Assembly: GCA_022508205.1 (NCBI GenBank) | Contig: JAFLVQ010000002.1 | Coordinates: forward strand, 1 to 48,907 | Direction of reading: 5' to 3' | Source: Spirochaetales bacterium | GTDB lineage: Bacteria > Spirochaetota > GWE2-31-10 | Length of the DNA stretch: 48,907 nucleotides | In this document: positions 1-9,185 of the stretch, in pieces | Layout of the letters: every line of letters starts with the position of its first letter | Position numbering within the stretch: the first letter of the stretch is position 1 | Position numbers and translations under genes: made by a program | The notes under the pieces: model-generated | Told to the model about the DNA's origin: nothing | The model's input: the letters and a program-made list of their open reading frames with translations, nothing else | Database searches by the model: none

Positions 1-452
1 GTTAATCGGTATCCTAACGACTGCATTTTTTTCAATGGAAAAATATCAATCGGCAAATTTCTATCAAGGTACTTTTTCAGTATTTCATTAATACAGTCCG
101 CTTGCTTCAGGAAAAGCTTCCAATGCGGACAATTTTTATCAATAGCTAAATGACACGTGTTTTCATCATTAAGCAATGATTTTTCTGTAATGACAAAAAA
201 CGGATATGCCGCGCAGATAAATGGAAAATGTTCGGTATTGTAAATATCGCAGCAAAAATTATCGTAATGCTTGCAATATTTTGCCATTATAAATTTATTT
301 CTTTTCTTGTCAAATTGGAAAATGGTTTGTGAAAGATGCCGACTGAAACAATAATGGCGCAAAAGTTCTTCTTCGGAATATTCATTTCTGATATGATCGT
401 GTGCAAAGCGGCAGCAGCTTTTGCACGATGCGCAGATTTTATGTTGAATCAT
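1..452 (-). CDS. YkgJ-type cysteine-cluster protein (CxxCxxCC), C-terminus cut off by the window edge
   Basis: This ORF is absent from the ORF track because it runs off the window. Read by hand from the minus-strand ATG at 452, it begins MIQHKICASCKSCCRFAHDHIRNEYSEE... It has an N-terminal C-A-S-C-K-S-C-C motif plus further Cys/His pairs, as in the YkgJ/UPF0153 metal-chelating family. It lies 17 nt downstream of the preceding same-strand gene. Confidence 0.55.
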   Translation of the reverse strand, partial: MIQHKICASCKSCCRFAHDHIRNEYSEEELLRHYCFSRHLSQTIFQFDKKRNKFIMAKYCKHYDNFCCDIYNTEHFPFICAAYPFFVITEKSLLNDENTCHLAIDKNCPHWKLFLKQADCINEILKKYLDRNLPIDIFPLKKMQSLGYRL

Positions 453-468
453 GTTTAACCTCAATGTT

Positions 469-1200
469 TTAAATCGGTTTTTTGTCAATATCTTTTAATT
501 TATTCCGAAAAAAATCTGCGGTATCGCCGAAAATTGCCAATGCTTTTTTCCCCTCATCCGAAAGGCAGTATCGTCCTCGTTTGATTCGAGTAAACCAGCC
601 ATAGTAATTTTTGCTTAAAATTGTCCCTGTTTTTCTTTTGCTGCTTCCGAGTTTGCGTAAATCTTCCGGCGAAAGCTCTCCGAATTTTTCCAAGCAACAT
701 GCAATGAAAACAGAACGTTCGCGATAAAGCGTGAGAAGTTTTTTTTGGCTGCATCCGCCGCAGTTGCCATCTGTTGCTCTGAGCGTTGATTCTTTGAAAA
801 TCATTCTGCGCGTGCGTGATTTTTTATTTACCCTGAAAGACAGGCCCGGAGCCAAAATTTCTTCTACCACAGCATTTTCAGCATCTTCAAAATCAACAAG
901 CAAAAGTCCTAAATCAAGTTTTTTAAGTATGTACAAAATATCTTGAAGTTTGCGGTATTTCACCGAAGGCTTCTGAATTACGATGTAAACTTTTTCCGCT
1001 GATTTTTGACGCGATACGCCTTGAAGCAAAAGTTCTATTGTCAATCCCCGCTTAAATTCGGCAATTATCAACTCGGAATTTTTTATTGCGGTTAAATCGC
1101 AGTTTTTTACTTCCGCGTGTACTGTAAAACCGGCATTTTCAAACCATTTTTTTACCGGAGGATACAATTCCGTTTCTTTTTTTATTTTGTACTGCTTCAT
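469..1200 (-). CDS. Hypothetical protein with N-terminal PD-(D/E)XK-like nuclease motif and basic winged-helix-like C-terminal half
   Basis: This is a 243-aa ORF. The segment ...NCDLTAIKNSELIIAEFK... gives D-x12-E-x-K, the same layout as the YraN-like protein at 23076..23456 (EIDLIGF...IIFIEVK). Its ATG overlaps the stop of the upstream oxidoreductase (ATGA at 1197..1200). Confidence 0.6.
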   Translation of the reverse strand: MKQYKIKKETELYPPVKKWFENAGFTVHAEVKNCDLTAIKNSELIIAEFKRGLTIELLLQGVSRQKSAEKVYIVIQKPSVKYRKLQDILYILKKLDLGLLLVDFEDAENAVVEEILAPGLSFRVNKKSRTRRMIFKESTLRATDGNCGGCSQKKLLTLYRERSVFIACCLEKFGELSPEDLRKLGSSKRKTGTILSKNYYGWFTRIKRGRYCLSDEGKKALAIFGDTADFFRNKLKDIDKKPI

Positions 1201-2774
1201 CTCGAAGATTCCGGGCGGTTATCTCCCGCAATCGGTTCCGGTTTCGCAAAATCATTAAATTCATTTTTTATACCGTAATAATCCAGCAGTTTGCTTACGC
1301 AGCTGATTGCGCTTATCAATGCGCCGGAAGTTCCACCGCCGGGAACAGCCCAGCTGCTTGAGAAATATAAATTTTTTTTGTGGAATGCGTTGGGAAAACG
1401 AAAAATATTTGTTTGCGCCCATTCCTGAGCCGCTCCGTAAACAGCACCGCCGTCATTCAATGTAAATTTTTTCATTGTAAGCGGAGTTCCGATTTCGATT
1501 ACTTCTATGCAGTCTTTTAAGCCGGGAAAATGCTGTTCTACCCGTTCGATTAACTCATTTGCAATACGTTTTTTTTCATTGCGGTACGCGTCCTTGTCAT
1601 CTTTATACTTATTCCAGTATTTTTCATTGTCCGTAACTACCGCAGAAACCGTCAGCAGTCCATTTTTCGTCATGTCTTTGTCGAGCATGTAAGATGTAAA
1701 AAATATCGGCCGCTGGTTGTGAGGAAAAAATTTTCCGCATTTCTTGGTAACTTTTGCTACATCGTCATTTTCATTGATTATGTAGCAGTATTCCTTTATG
1801 CCCAATTTTTCCGGAGTCGCTTTTAATCCCAAATAGACAATAAACAGCGAAGTAGAAGGAATCATATGAAGTGCATGACGCCGCCAGATTCCGCCGAAAT
1901 CTTTTTTATCGATAATATTACGGAACGTAGAAATTAATGAAGAATTGCAAATAACCAGGTCGGATTTATATGTTTCTTTCCCATTGTTGATTTCCACACC
2001 GCAGGCTTTTTTGCCATTGAAAAGGATTTTTGTTACTTTTTTATTTATTTCGATTATTCCGCCGTTTTCTTTTATTATGTCGCCAAGTGCGTTGCTGAAC
2101 GCTGCGGAAGTCCCTTTTATATAATAAGATTCATTGAGATAGGAATACGTCGGCATTGCGAAATATAAAATATTCATTTTGTTGGTGTTGTCGGAGTAAT
2201 AGCAAAACAATTGCGTAATAATGGTTTTTGCTTTGGGATTTTTGATTTTCTTAACGAGTTGTGCCAATGTTTGGAAACATCCCGAAATTAACATCGGGTA
2301 TTTTACCGGAGTATTTTTCATCGCGGTAAGAAAATCCGATTCGTGCAAATACCCTGTAACTTGTGAAGATATTTTCTTTATTTTTTCCATAATCCGCTCG
2401 ATTTCTTTTTTATCTTCCGGAAATTCTGCTGCCAATTTTTTTATGTAATCGTCGAAATTATGCGGTAGTGTGAATTTGTAGCCGTCTTTGAATACAGAAG
2501 TATAAGGTGACGATACCGGAATAAATTTTACACGATCGAATATTCCAAGATAGCGAAATGTTCTTAACTTCAAGTCATCGGGGAAAAATCCGTTTAGTTC
2601 ATGCATTGAAGTTTCAAACAAATAATCTCCGCGCTTCCAACTTGTGAGATAGCCGCCGATTTGCGGACGAGCCTCAAAAATTTTTACGTTAAATCCGTGT
2701 TTTGCGAGAAGTGCCCCGGCAAAAAGACCTCCGACTCCGCTCCCGACAATAGAAACAGATGGTTTTTTGTTCAT
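1197..2774 (-). CDS. FAD/NAD(P)-dependent oxidoreductase, phytoene desaturase (CrtI)-like family
   Basis: This is a 525-aa ORF. It has the N-terminal dinucleotide-binding motif VGSGVGGLFAGALLAKHGFNVKIFEARPQIGG and a C-terminal WAVPGGGTSGA segment typical of the CrtI/amine-oxidase superfamily. Confidence 0.8.
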   Translation of the reverse strand: MNKKPSVSIVGSGVGGLFAGALLAKHGFNVKIFEARPQIGGYLTSWKRGDYLFETSMHELNGFFPDDLKLRTFRYLGIFDRVKFIPVSSPYTSVFKDGYKFTLPHNFDDYIKKLAAEFPEDKKEIERIMEKIKKISSQVTGYLHESDFLTAMKNTPVKYPMLISGCFQTLAQLVKKIKNPKAKTIITQLFCYYSDNTNKMNILYFAMPTYSYLNESYYIKGTSAAFSNALGDIIKENGGIIEINKKVTKILFNGKKACGVEINNGKETYKSDLVICNSSLISTFRNIIDKKDFGGIWRRHALHMIPSTSLFIVYLGLKATPEKLGIKEYCYIINENDDVAKVTKKCGKFFPHNQRPIFFTSYMLDKDMTKNGLLTVSAVVTDNEKYWNKYKDDKDAYRNEKKRIANELIERVEQHFPGLKDCIEVIEIGTPLTMKKFTLNDGGAVYGAAQEWAQTNIFRFPNAFHKKNLYFSSSWAVPGGGTSGALISAISCVSKLLDYYGIKNEFNDFAKPEPIAGDNRPESSR

Positions 2775-2806
2775 GTGAACCTCCTTAGTAATGGCGGGGA
2801 ACGCCG

Positions 2807-3559
2807 CTATAACCCGGTTGGAATAGAAATAAATTCTGTCTTTATAGATAATTTTTCAGCGATAAGTTGCTGCAAAGCCTGCACTCCCCAAATTTCCGTA
2901 TGATAATGTCCGGCAAACAGTACATTGATATTTTGCTCTTTTGCTGCATGATACAAAACATGCTCTGAATCTCCGGTAATAAAAAGCTCGGCTCCCGCAT
3001 CGACAAAATCTTGAAAGTGATGCCCGCCGCTGCCGGAAAGGACTCCGACCTTTGTAATTTTGTTTTTTCCGAAAGACAGAATTCTTAAACTGTTATCCAG
3101 AATACCGAGCGTTTTTGCGATGCTGTCGATTGTTGTCGGCTGCTGTAGATTTCCGATGTATCCCAGAGCAAAACCTTTATGATAACTGCAAGGCTTAATA
3201 TCCACGGCGGAAAGTTTTTTCAAAATTTGAACATTATTTCCGACTTCGGGGTGACCGTCCAGCGGCAGATGATATGCCAAAAGCCCGATGTTGTTTTCGA
3301 GCAACGCTTTCAGTCGGCGGTAGTGATTGCCGGTAACGGGCAAATCTTTTCCCCAAAATAAACCGTGATGTACTACCAGCAGATCGCATTTTAGCTGCAC
3401 CGTTTGCAATATTGTTTCTTCGCACGCGTCTACTGCAAAAGCGATTTTTTTGATTTCACCGCAGTTTTCAACTTGAATGCCGTTGTAACCAAAATCAGCA
3501 ACGGAAGTACTCATTAATAGCTCGGAAAAAAATTGATTTATTGTATTGATTGTCTGCAT
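2807..3559 (-). CDS. Nif3-like dinuclear metal centre protein (YbgI/GTP cyclohydrolase 1 type 2 family)
   Basis: This is a 250-aa ORF. The motifs VVHHGLFW, AYHLPLDGHPEVGNN and a C-terminal GHYHTE fit the Nif3 metal-ligand pattern. Confidence 0.85.
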   Translation of the reverse strand: MQTINTINQFFSELLMSTSVADFGYNGIQVENCGEIKKIAFAVDACEETILQTVQLKCDLLVVHHGLFWGKDLPVTGNHYRRLKALLENNIGLLAYHLPLDGHPEVGNNVQILKKLSAVDIKPCSYHKGFALGYIGNLQQPTTIDSIAKTLGILDNSLRILSFGKNKITKVGVLSGSGGHHFQDFVDAGAELFITGDSEHVLYHAAKEQNINVLFAGHYHTEIWGVQALQQLIAEKLSIKTEFISIPTGL

Positions 3560-3632
3560 TGCTAATGTATAAACAATATTCGCGGAATTTGCAATTTGGA
3601 AAAAATATTGTGCAGATTGATTGCAGGTTTAT

Positions 3633-4766
3633 TTACGTTTTCGGATAATCGATTTTTATTACGACAAAGTATTTCATACCGCTGGAAGCCGATAATTCAT
3701 CGACTTTCGTTTTCAGCTGCTGCAAAACTGCTTCTTCTTTTAGTTTGCAGTCGTAAGGGTACACAATGTCGAAAATCAAATTTGTTTGTGAATACCCGGA
3801 TACCATTCTGAAGTCATGAAATTTCAGATTTTTATCAATGTCAGTTATAATTTTTGCGATTTTTTCTTTCATTTCGAGAAGTTTTTCATTGTTAATATCG
3901 ATTGGGTCAAAATGAATCGTAATTTCGATATTAAGTTCATTGTAAATCTTGCTTTCAATTTGATCGATAATCTCGTGCATTCCCAGTAGATCGCAATCGG
4001 ATGGAATTTCCGCATGAGCAGATGCGAAAATACGTCCCGGTCCATAATTGTGAACAACTAAATCATGAATCCCGACAATGCCTTTGCCGGATAAAACCAG
4101 TTCTTCGATCTTGTCGACAATTTCCTTATCTGCCGATTGCCCCAAAAGCGGTCCCAGTGCATCGACAACTACTTCTATACCGGCTTTGATAATAAACAAC
4201 GCGACAACGCAGCCTATATAGCCGTCGATATTTATATTGAAAAACCAGAAAACAACTATTGAAACGACAGCTGCCAATGTAGCTATAACATCGTTGAATG
4301 CGTCGGTTCCGGAAGCTGTAAGTGAAACGGAATTGATTTTTTTGCCGAGACTTTTTGTGTAAAAGCCCAAAAATATTTTTGCGGCAATGGAAATCAGCAG
4401 TCCGACAAAACCTATCATTGTAACGGAAAGTTCCGTCGGTTTTAAAATGTTTGAAAACGAATCTTTAATAACCGACAGCCCGGTTGTAAGAATCAAAAAA
4501 GAAACTACCAATGCTGAAATGTATTCTATCCGTCCATAACCGAAAGGGTGCTTTGCATCGGGTTTTTTCCCGGCAACTTTAAAACCTATCAGTGAAACAA
4601 TCGAAGATGCGACATCCGATAAGTTATTGAAACCGTCGGCTATTACTGCCATACTGTGCATCATTGTTCCGAGCAGAAACTTTAAAATGAACAGACCTGT
4701 ATTTACTGCAATTCCGACAATACTTGCCCGCGTTCCGATTTTTTCGCGCTCTTCTATAAAACTCAA
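3633..4766 (-). CDS. Cation diffusion facilitator (CDF) family metal efflux transporter
   Basis: This is a 377-aa ORF with a six-helix membrane domain and a cytoplasmic C-terminal domain. The motifs ADGFNNLSD (TM2) and DAFNDVI (TM5) match CDF metal-site helices. The start is TTG at 4766, preceded by AAGGAG (4778..4773) with a 6-nt spacer. Confidence 0.85.
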   Translation of the reverse strand: MSFIEEREKIGTRASIVGIAVNTGLFILKFLLGTMMHSMAVIADGFNNLSDVASSIVSLIGFKVAGKKPDAKHPFGYGRIEYISALVVSFLILTTGLSVIKDSFSNILKPTELSVTMIGFVGLLISIAAKIFLGFYTKSLGKKINSVSLTASGTDAFNDVIATLAAVVSIVVFWFFNINIDGYIGCVVALFIIKAGIEVVVDALGPLLGQSADKEIVDKIEELVLSGKGIVGIHDLVVHNYGPGRIFASAHAEIPSDCDLLGMHEIIDQIESKIYNELNIEITIHFDPIDINNEKLLEMKEKIAKIITDIDKNLKFHDFRMVSGYSQTNLIFDIVYPYDCKLKEEAVLQQLKTKVDELSASSGMKYFVVIKIDYPKT

Positions 4767-4840
4767 ACTGTTCTCCTTGGTGTTACCGTGTTATGACATT
4801 GTACTGAAAATGGGGAAAATATTAAAGCATTTCGGGTTGA

Positions 4841-4873
4841 AAAAAAAGAGGCTGTATAAAATACAGCCTCTTT
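4841..4873 (-). terminator. Rho-independent terminator after the large surface lipoprotein gene (bidirectional shape)
   Basis: A 13-bp perfect stem aaagaggctgtat / atacagcctcttt with a 3-nt loop. The minus-strand transcript continues into a T-run. It lies directly after the stop at 4885. Confidence 0.65.
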
Positions 4874-4884
4874 GGAGGTATTGA

Positions 4885-7800
4885 TTAATTTGATGAAGGC
4901 GCAACCCAAATTGAAGTGCCGGCATCTTCCCAAATTTTAAAGTAGAAGTCGTACTGTCCGCGGGATGGAACTTTAAAAGGCTGACTGTCCTTTGCTCCTA
5001 CTTTATTATCCTTTTCCCAGTGAAGAATGCCGTTGTTGGGCAGTTTTGCGGGATCGGCATTGGTGTCGATTGTAACTTTATCTCCTTCCTGTAAAAGGAC
5101 ATTTTTAAGATAAAGTTCTTTCTTCAAAGTCGGATATGTTTTATTGTCAATGATTGCACTTACTGAAAATTGGTGTTTATTCACACCATTTACGCATAAG
5201 TAATAGTCGGCAGCTATCAAGCCTGCTGTTCTTGGAATTTCTATCCACTGAGAGTATCCTTTGGTATTATCTTTTTCATTCCAAATCTTATAATACATTT
5301 TGTAAATACCGTCCTCTTCAGCAATATAAGCCGCTTCGCTGACTCTATAGTTTGGATTGTCTTTATTGAATCCGAGTGCACCTTCCCACTGGTCAAGTGC
5401 TTTTTCGTTTTTATCCTTAATTTGTACTTTATCGCCTTTTTTCAACGGATAGCCCATTTGCGTATAACCTGCGGCATTCACAGATTCGATATAGTATTCT
5501 TTGTCTAAAGTCGGCCATGTCGCAGTATCCGGAGTAGGATTCAATGTGAAACTTTTTACTGCCCTGTCGTTGACCCAAAGATTTATATCGCTTCCGCTAA
5601 ATTCAAATGTTACATTGACCTCTACATTAGCTGCCGGCATGTTGAATTGATAAGGATGAGTATCTTTATTGAGTCTTTCGACTTTCATATCAGCATTTTC
5701 TGTTGTGTTTGTAACCTTGATTTGTTCTATGTAGTCATTATTTGACGGTGTTGCAATCAAGTAGACTGTTTCGCCATAAAGTACTTTTGTTCCGCTTGTG
5801 TATGTTGTTCCTGCGGGCGACAATTTTTTTGTTGCCTCACTGTAAGTGTAGCTGCTTGATAATGTGAAACTTCCGTCTGACGGATTAGTAAATGTCAGTG
5901 AGTATGACTTCTTCCGGAATTTTGCGGCAATCTTTACTTCTTCCGACGGCATAGTAACCGTTTCGCCACTGGTTATCGATTTTCCGTTCCATGTGATAGT
6001 TTCTGTTTCATAGCCGTCGTCGGGAGTTGCCAGAACAGTAACTTGTGTGTTTTCTACTACATACGCGTCGCCGCCGAGCCAGCTTTCGCTGCTGCTGGTT
6101 ACTGTTTCGGTGCCTACTCTGACAATTACGGTTCCGCCCGTAACTGTATCGATGTATACGCGTTTTGCATTTGAAATGCTGAATACAACCGTAATAATTA
6201 TATTTTTATCGGGAACGGTGAATGTGTACTCTTTGTTTTTCGTCGCAGCAGTAACTTCTTCGCTGCCGGAGCCATTTGCCCACTTAACTCCCACCTGCCC
6301 AACTTCATAGATTGCATCTCCGACTTTTCCCGGTGTTGTTTCTATTATAACTTCGGTTCCTGCGGCAAAATACATTGTATTTGCGGGTATGATATACGTT
6401 TTTCCCTGATACAATTCTGCGATTCCGGCGTTATTCGGAGTAGTTTCGAGTTTGACTTCAATCTTTTGTCCGAAAGTAGCTTCGATTTCGACATCGCCTT
6501 CAGGCATTGCAAAAGTAATTTCGCTTACTCCGTTGCCTGTATCGGTTCGCTGATTTTCCAAACTTTCTTCCCTGTTTTTGATAACAATCGCGCCCAAAGC
6601 TGTTTCGCCGTTGCCGGCCGCTTTTAATGTAACTTCTTCGCCTGCTTTGGCACTTTTTGCGGATGTTATTGTGCCGCCTTTCGAGTCTTTTATTGTAATC
6701 AGATATCCTCGGAAAACGGCAGATACGGTAACGCTGTTTTCCGGCATTACGAAAGTGTATTCATTATCGCTGTTTTTTGTTACAGCAACAGCCGCTTGAG
6801 TGGTGCCGTTTTCGGTAACGGTTATGCTGTCTATTGCGACATAACCTTCATCCGGCTTGCCTGTAACTGTAATTGTTGTTCCTTTATATGCTTTTGCATG
6901 ACTGAATTTCAGCTCTCCGTTGATGACAGCTCCCTGTAATATTTCGTAGCCTGCTTTTGCGGAAAATAATACTTCCAAAGTGGAATCGACGTCCTCCATT
7001 TCAAATGTTATTTTTTCCGATGATTCCAATGTTTCGCCGTTGAGCTTTATGTACGTAATTTCATTGCCGTCTGCCGGTGTAATTTTTGCGGTAACTTCGG
7101 TTTCGGGCTGCAAATACGTTTCCAGCGGTATAGATTCGCCGTTTACGGATAATTCAACGTTTCCGTCTCCCGATATTTTGACGGATAATTTTTTTGCTCC
7201 GAATTTTGTTACACTTACGGTAAGTATTACTTGTGATGCCGGCATAGTAAACGAAAAGTCTCCGATGTTTGCGTTTTCGATTGTTACTTCGACATTTTGC
7301 TGTACGCCGTATTCATCTGTATACGATACTTTCGGTATTTCCGGCAAAATGTAGTCCGAATCCGGTTTTGCCGATACTTTGATTACTTCGCCTGCGGGGA
7401 TTCTTTCCGACTTCCAATCAAGCGTTGTTCCGTCATTATGCGACAACGTAACTGTCACGTGATCTTTTTCGCCCACTGTGTTAAGCGTAATGGAGTACTT
7501 GGAAACTTCGTTTTTGCGTTTGAATGTAGCATTTATTGTAATAGGGTAGCTCGGCATGTCAAATGTTTTGTTTCCAAGTGAGATATTACGGATAATTTCG
7601 TTGCCGCTCTTTTCAATGTATGTGTACCATAAATTTTCCAATTCATATTCATCGCTTGCGGGGGTAGCTGTCACTGTTACGGGAGATTTTGCAACTGCTC
7701 TGTCAACGCCGCATGTTACAGTTCCGTTTTCGATATTGTCGTCGATTGTGATTTTATATCCGATTTGGATTGGCAGTACGGTTTCTTTTTTTATTCCGTC

Positions 7801-8127
7801 GTCAGTGTACGAAATTGTAATTTTTGTGTTGTTCTCGGTGAGTCTTGCAGATGGAGAATACGTATATTCGCCGCTCTTCAGTTCTTTTGCGGAACCGTTG
7901 GAATAATTCGCTTTTACGACCATTCCGTCGGGATTGAATGTTTCTCCGGCAATATAGAGCGTTTTTGTCGGGTTGGAAGTTACATCTATACTTGCGAGTG
8001 TAACTTTTTCACTTTTCGGAGTTTCTTCCGCCTTGCAAGAGTTGTCGCAGGATAAAATTACTACCCCCCCCCATATCAGAAAAAACATAATCGAAAAAAT
8101 TTTAACTTTATTTATTATATTGCCCAT
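4885..8127 (-). CDS. Large surface lipoprotein with an N-terminal Ig-like domain, about 10 divergent B-repeat-like modules and two tandem C-terminal putative glycan-binding modules
   Basis: The ORF track extends this gene to 8178. GGAGG followed by 5 nt and then ATG at 8127 gives MGNIINKVKIFSIMFFLIWGGVVILSC, a signal peptide with a lipobox Cys. It carries repeated ~80-aa modules of the pattern G..V......G..VT..A.P..GY. The corrected length is 1080 aa. Confidence 0.8.
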   Translation of the reverse strand: MGNIINKVKIFSIMFFLIWGGVVILSCDNSCKAEETPKSEKVTLASIDVTSNPTKTLYIAGETFNPDGMVVKANYSNGSAKELKSGEYTYSPSARLTENNTKITISYTDDGIKKETVLPIQIGYKITIDDNIENGTVTCGVDRAVAKSPVTVTATPASDEYELENLWYTYIEKSGNEIIRNISLGNKTFDMPSYPITINATFKRKNEVSKYSITLNTVGEKDHVTVTLSHNDGTTLDWKSERIPAGEVIKVSAKPDSDYILPEIPKVSYTDEYGVQQNVEVTIENANIGDFSFTMPASQVILTVSVTKFGAKKLSVKISGDGNVELSVNGESIPLETYLQPETEVTAKITPADGNEITYIKLNGETLESSEKITFEMEDVDSTLEVLFSAKAGYEILQGAVINGELKFSHAKAYKGTTITVTGKPDEGYVAIDSITVTENGTTQAAVAVTKNSDNEYTFVMPENSVTVSAVFRGYLITIKDSKGGTITSAKSAKAGEEVTLKAAGNGETALGAIVIKNREESLENQRTDTGNGVSEITFAMPEGDVEIEATFGQKIEVKLETTPNNAGIAELYQGKTYIIPANTMYFAAGTEVIIETTPGKVGDAIYEVGQVGVKWANGSGSEEVTAATKNKEYTFTVPDKNIIITVVFSISNAKRVYIDTVTGGTVIVRVGTETVTSSSESWLGGDAYVVENTQVTVLATPDDGYETETITWNGKSITSGETVTMPSEEVKIAAKFRKKSYSLTFTNPSDGSFTLSSSYTYSEATKKLSPAGTTYTSGTKVLYGETVYLIATPSNNDYIEQIKVTNTTENADMKVERLNKDTHPYQFNMPAANVEVNVTFEFSGSDINLWVNDRAVKSFTLNPTPDTATWPTLDKEYYIESVNAAGYTQMGYPLKKGDKVQIKDKNEKALDQWEGALGFNKDNPNYRVSEAAYIAEEDGIYKMYYKIWNEKDNTKGYSQWIEIPRTAGLIAADYYLCVNGVNKHQFSVSAIIDNKTYPTLKKELYLKNVLLQEGDKVTIDTNADPAKLPNNGILHWEKDNKVGAKDSQPFKVPSRGQYDFYFKIWEDAGTSIWVAPSSN
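8064..8072 (-). repeat. Homopolymeric G9 tract (C9 on the + strand) inside the signal-peptide coding region, in frame
   Basis: The coding strand reads ...CTG ATA TGG GGG GGG GTA GTA..., encoding L-I-W-G-G-V-V. The position was checked against the ORF-track frame. Confidence 0.95.
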
Positions 8128-8333
8128 GACAGCCTCCGCAGTGTATATTTTGAAAGAGTAAAGCAAAATTTGTTCCACGAGGATAACGGCTTGCGGTGTG
8201 TCAAAATAGCTTTCATTGCGGTATTAATGCGTACAACGAAAATTTTCTTTTGTGCAAACGCTTTAATAGTCTGGTAATAAATGTTCGTAAATGTTATACA
8301 GGCACGATACTAAAATAATCAGGAAGTGTACGA

Positions 8334-9173
8334 ATGAAGAAAACAGCAGTGTTTATCGGTTTATTGGTTATCGGAATTTGCGCATTTGCGGAAGAATTGA
8401 CAGTAAATATGTTTATGACCGAGCAGGAAATCGACAGGGTAAAGTCTGGTGAAATCATTACAAGGATGTATATAAAATACAATCATCATGAAGAAGCTAC
8501 GGATTTGGATTTGCCTGTTCCGTCTACATCTTACGCTCCGGTAAATTATAAAAATTATCAGATGATTACCGATGAAAAAGCTTTTTTGCCTTATGAACTT
8601 AACGAAAAGACAAAGATGACTTTCTACAATACAATAAGTGACGCAAGCAAACTTGCCGGAATGCAGTATTACTCAAGAAGAGCCGACGAAGTAAAAACGT
8701 TGGTTATTAATGCGTATCCAACGACAAAAAAATGGGTGAAAATAAAAGATCAGCAGCCTTTGACCGAGATTCAGCCGCATATTACAGGCTATTTTCGCCA
8801 GAAAGACAATAAATTCGGGCTGTTGTCCTTTGAGTCTGATTTATATAACGAAAGAAATAATTTTGTGTTGGTAAATACATGCAAAACTCCTATTCCGCTT
8901 GTTTGCTATTCGGATGAATATAAGACAATTACTTATTTTATATATGACGAAGAAGCAAAAGGATTTTATATTTATACTGTATTTCTTCTCGTGATACGTA
9001 CCGATTCACTTCTTAATGGAAAAGGTCTTATGACACTCAATCCGACAACGTTTTCCAATCGTTTGAGAGCGGCGACAACTCATATTGCGATATTGCTCGG
9101 AGTAGACTGGTCGGATAAACGCAATCCTTGGGATTCGGATAAAATGAAGCGCGGAGAATATAGAAATTACTGA
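8334..9173 (+). CDS. Secreted hypothetical protein
   Basis: This is a 279-aa ORF with an N-terminal signal peptide MKKTAVFIGLLVIGICAFAEE and an AGGAAG SD upstream. No family was recognised. Confidence 0.7.
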   Translation: MKKTAVFIGLLVIGICAFAEELTVNMFMTEQEIDRVKSGEIITRMYIKYNHHEEATDLDLPVPSTSYAPVNYKNYQMITDEKAFLPYELNEKTKMTFYNTISDASKLAGMQYYSRRADEVKTLVINAYPTTKKWVKIKDQQPLTEIQPHITGYFRQKDNKFGLLSFESDLYNERNNFVLVNTCKTPIPLVCYSDEYKTITYFIYDEEAKGFYIYTVFLLVIRTDSLLNGKGLMTLNPTTFSNRLRAATTHIAILLGVDWSDKRNPWDSDKMKRGEYRNY

Positions 9174-9185
9174 TTGGATAGAAAA

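Noticed and set aside
5154-7906. Multiple 60-125-aa + strand ORFs antisense to the giant lipoprotein gene. Similar antisense ORFs lie inside mutS, ileS, the GH13 genes, dtd and others (for example 16603..17166, 37236..37745, 39156..39605, 44535..45167, 31293..31877).
   Set aside because: All are embedded antisense in genes with strong family signatures. They lack SD sequences and have low-complexity Ser/Phe/Val-rich compositions, typical of shadow ORFs.
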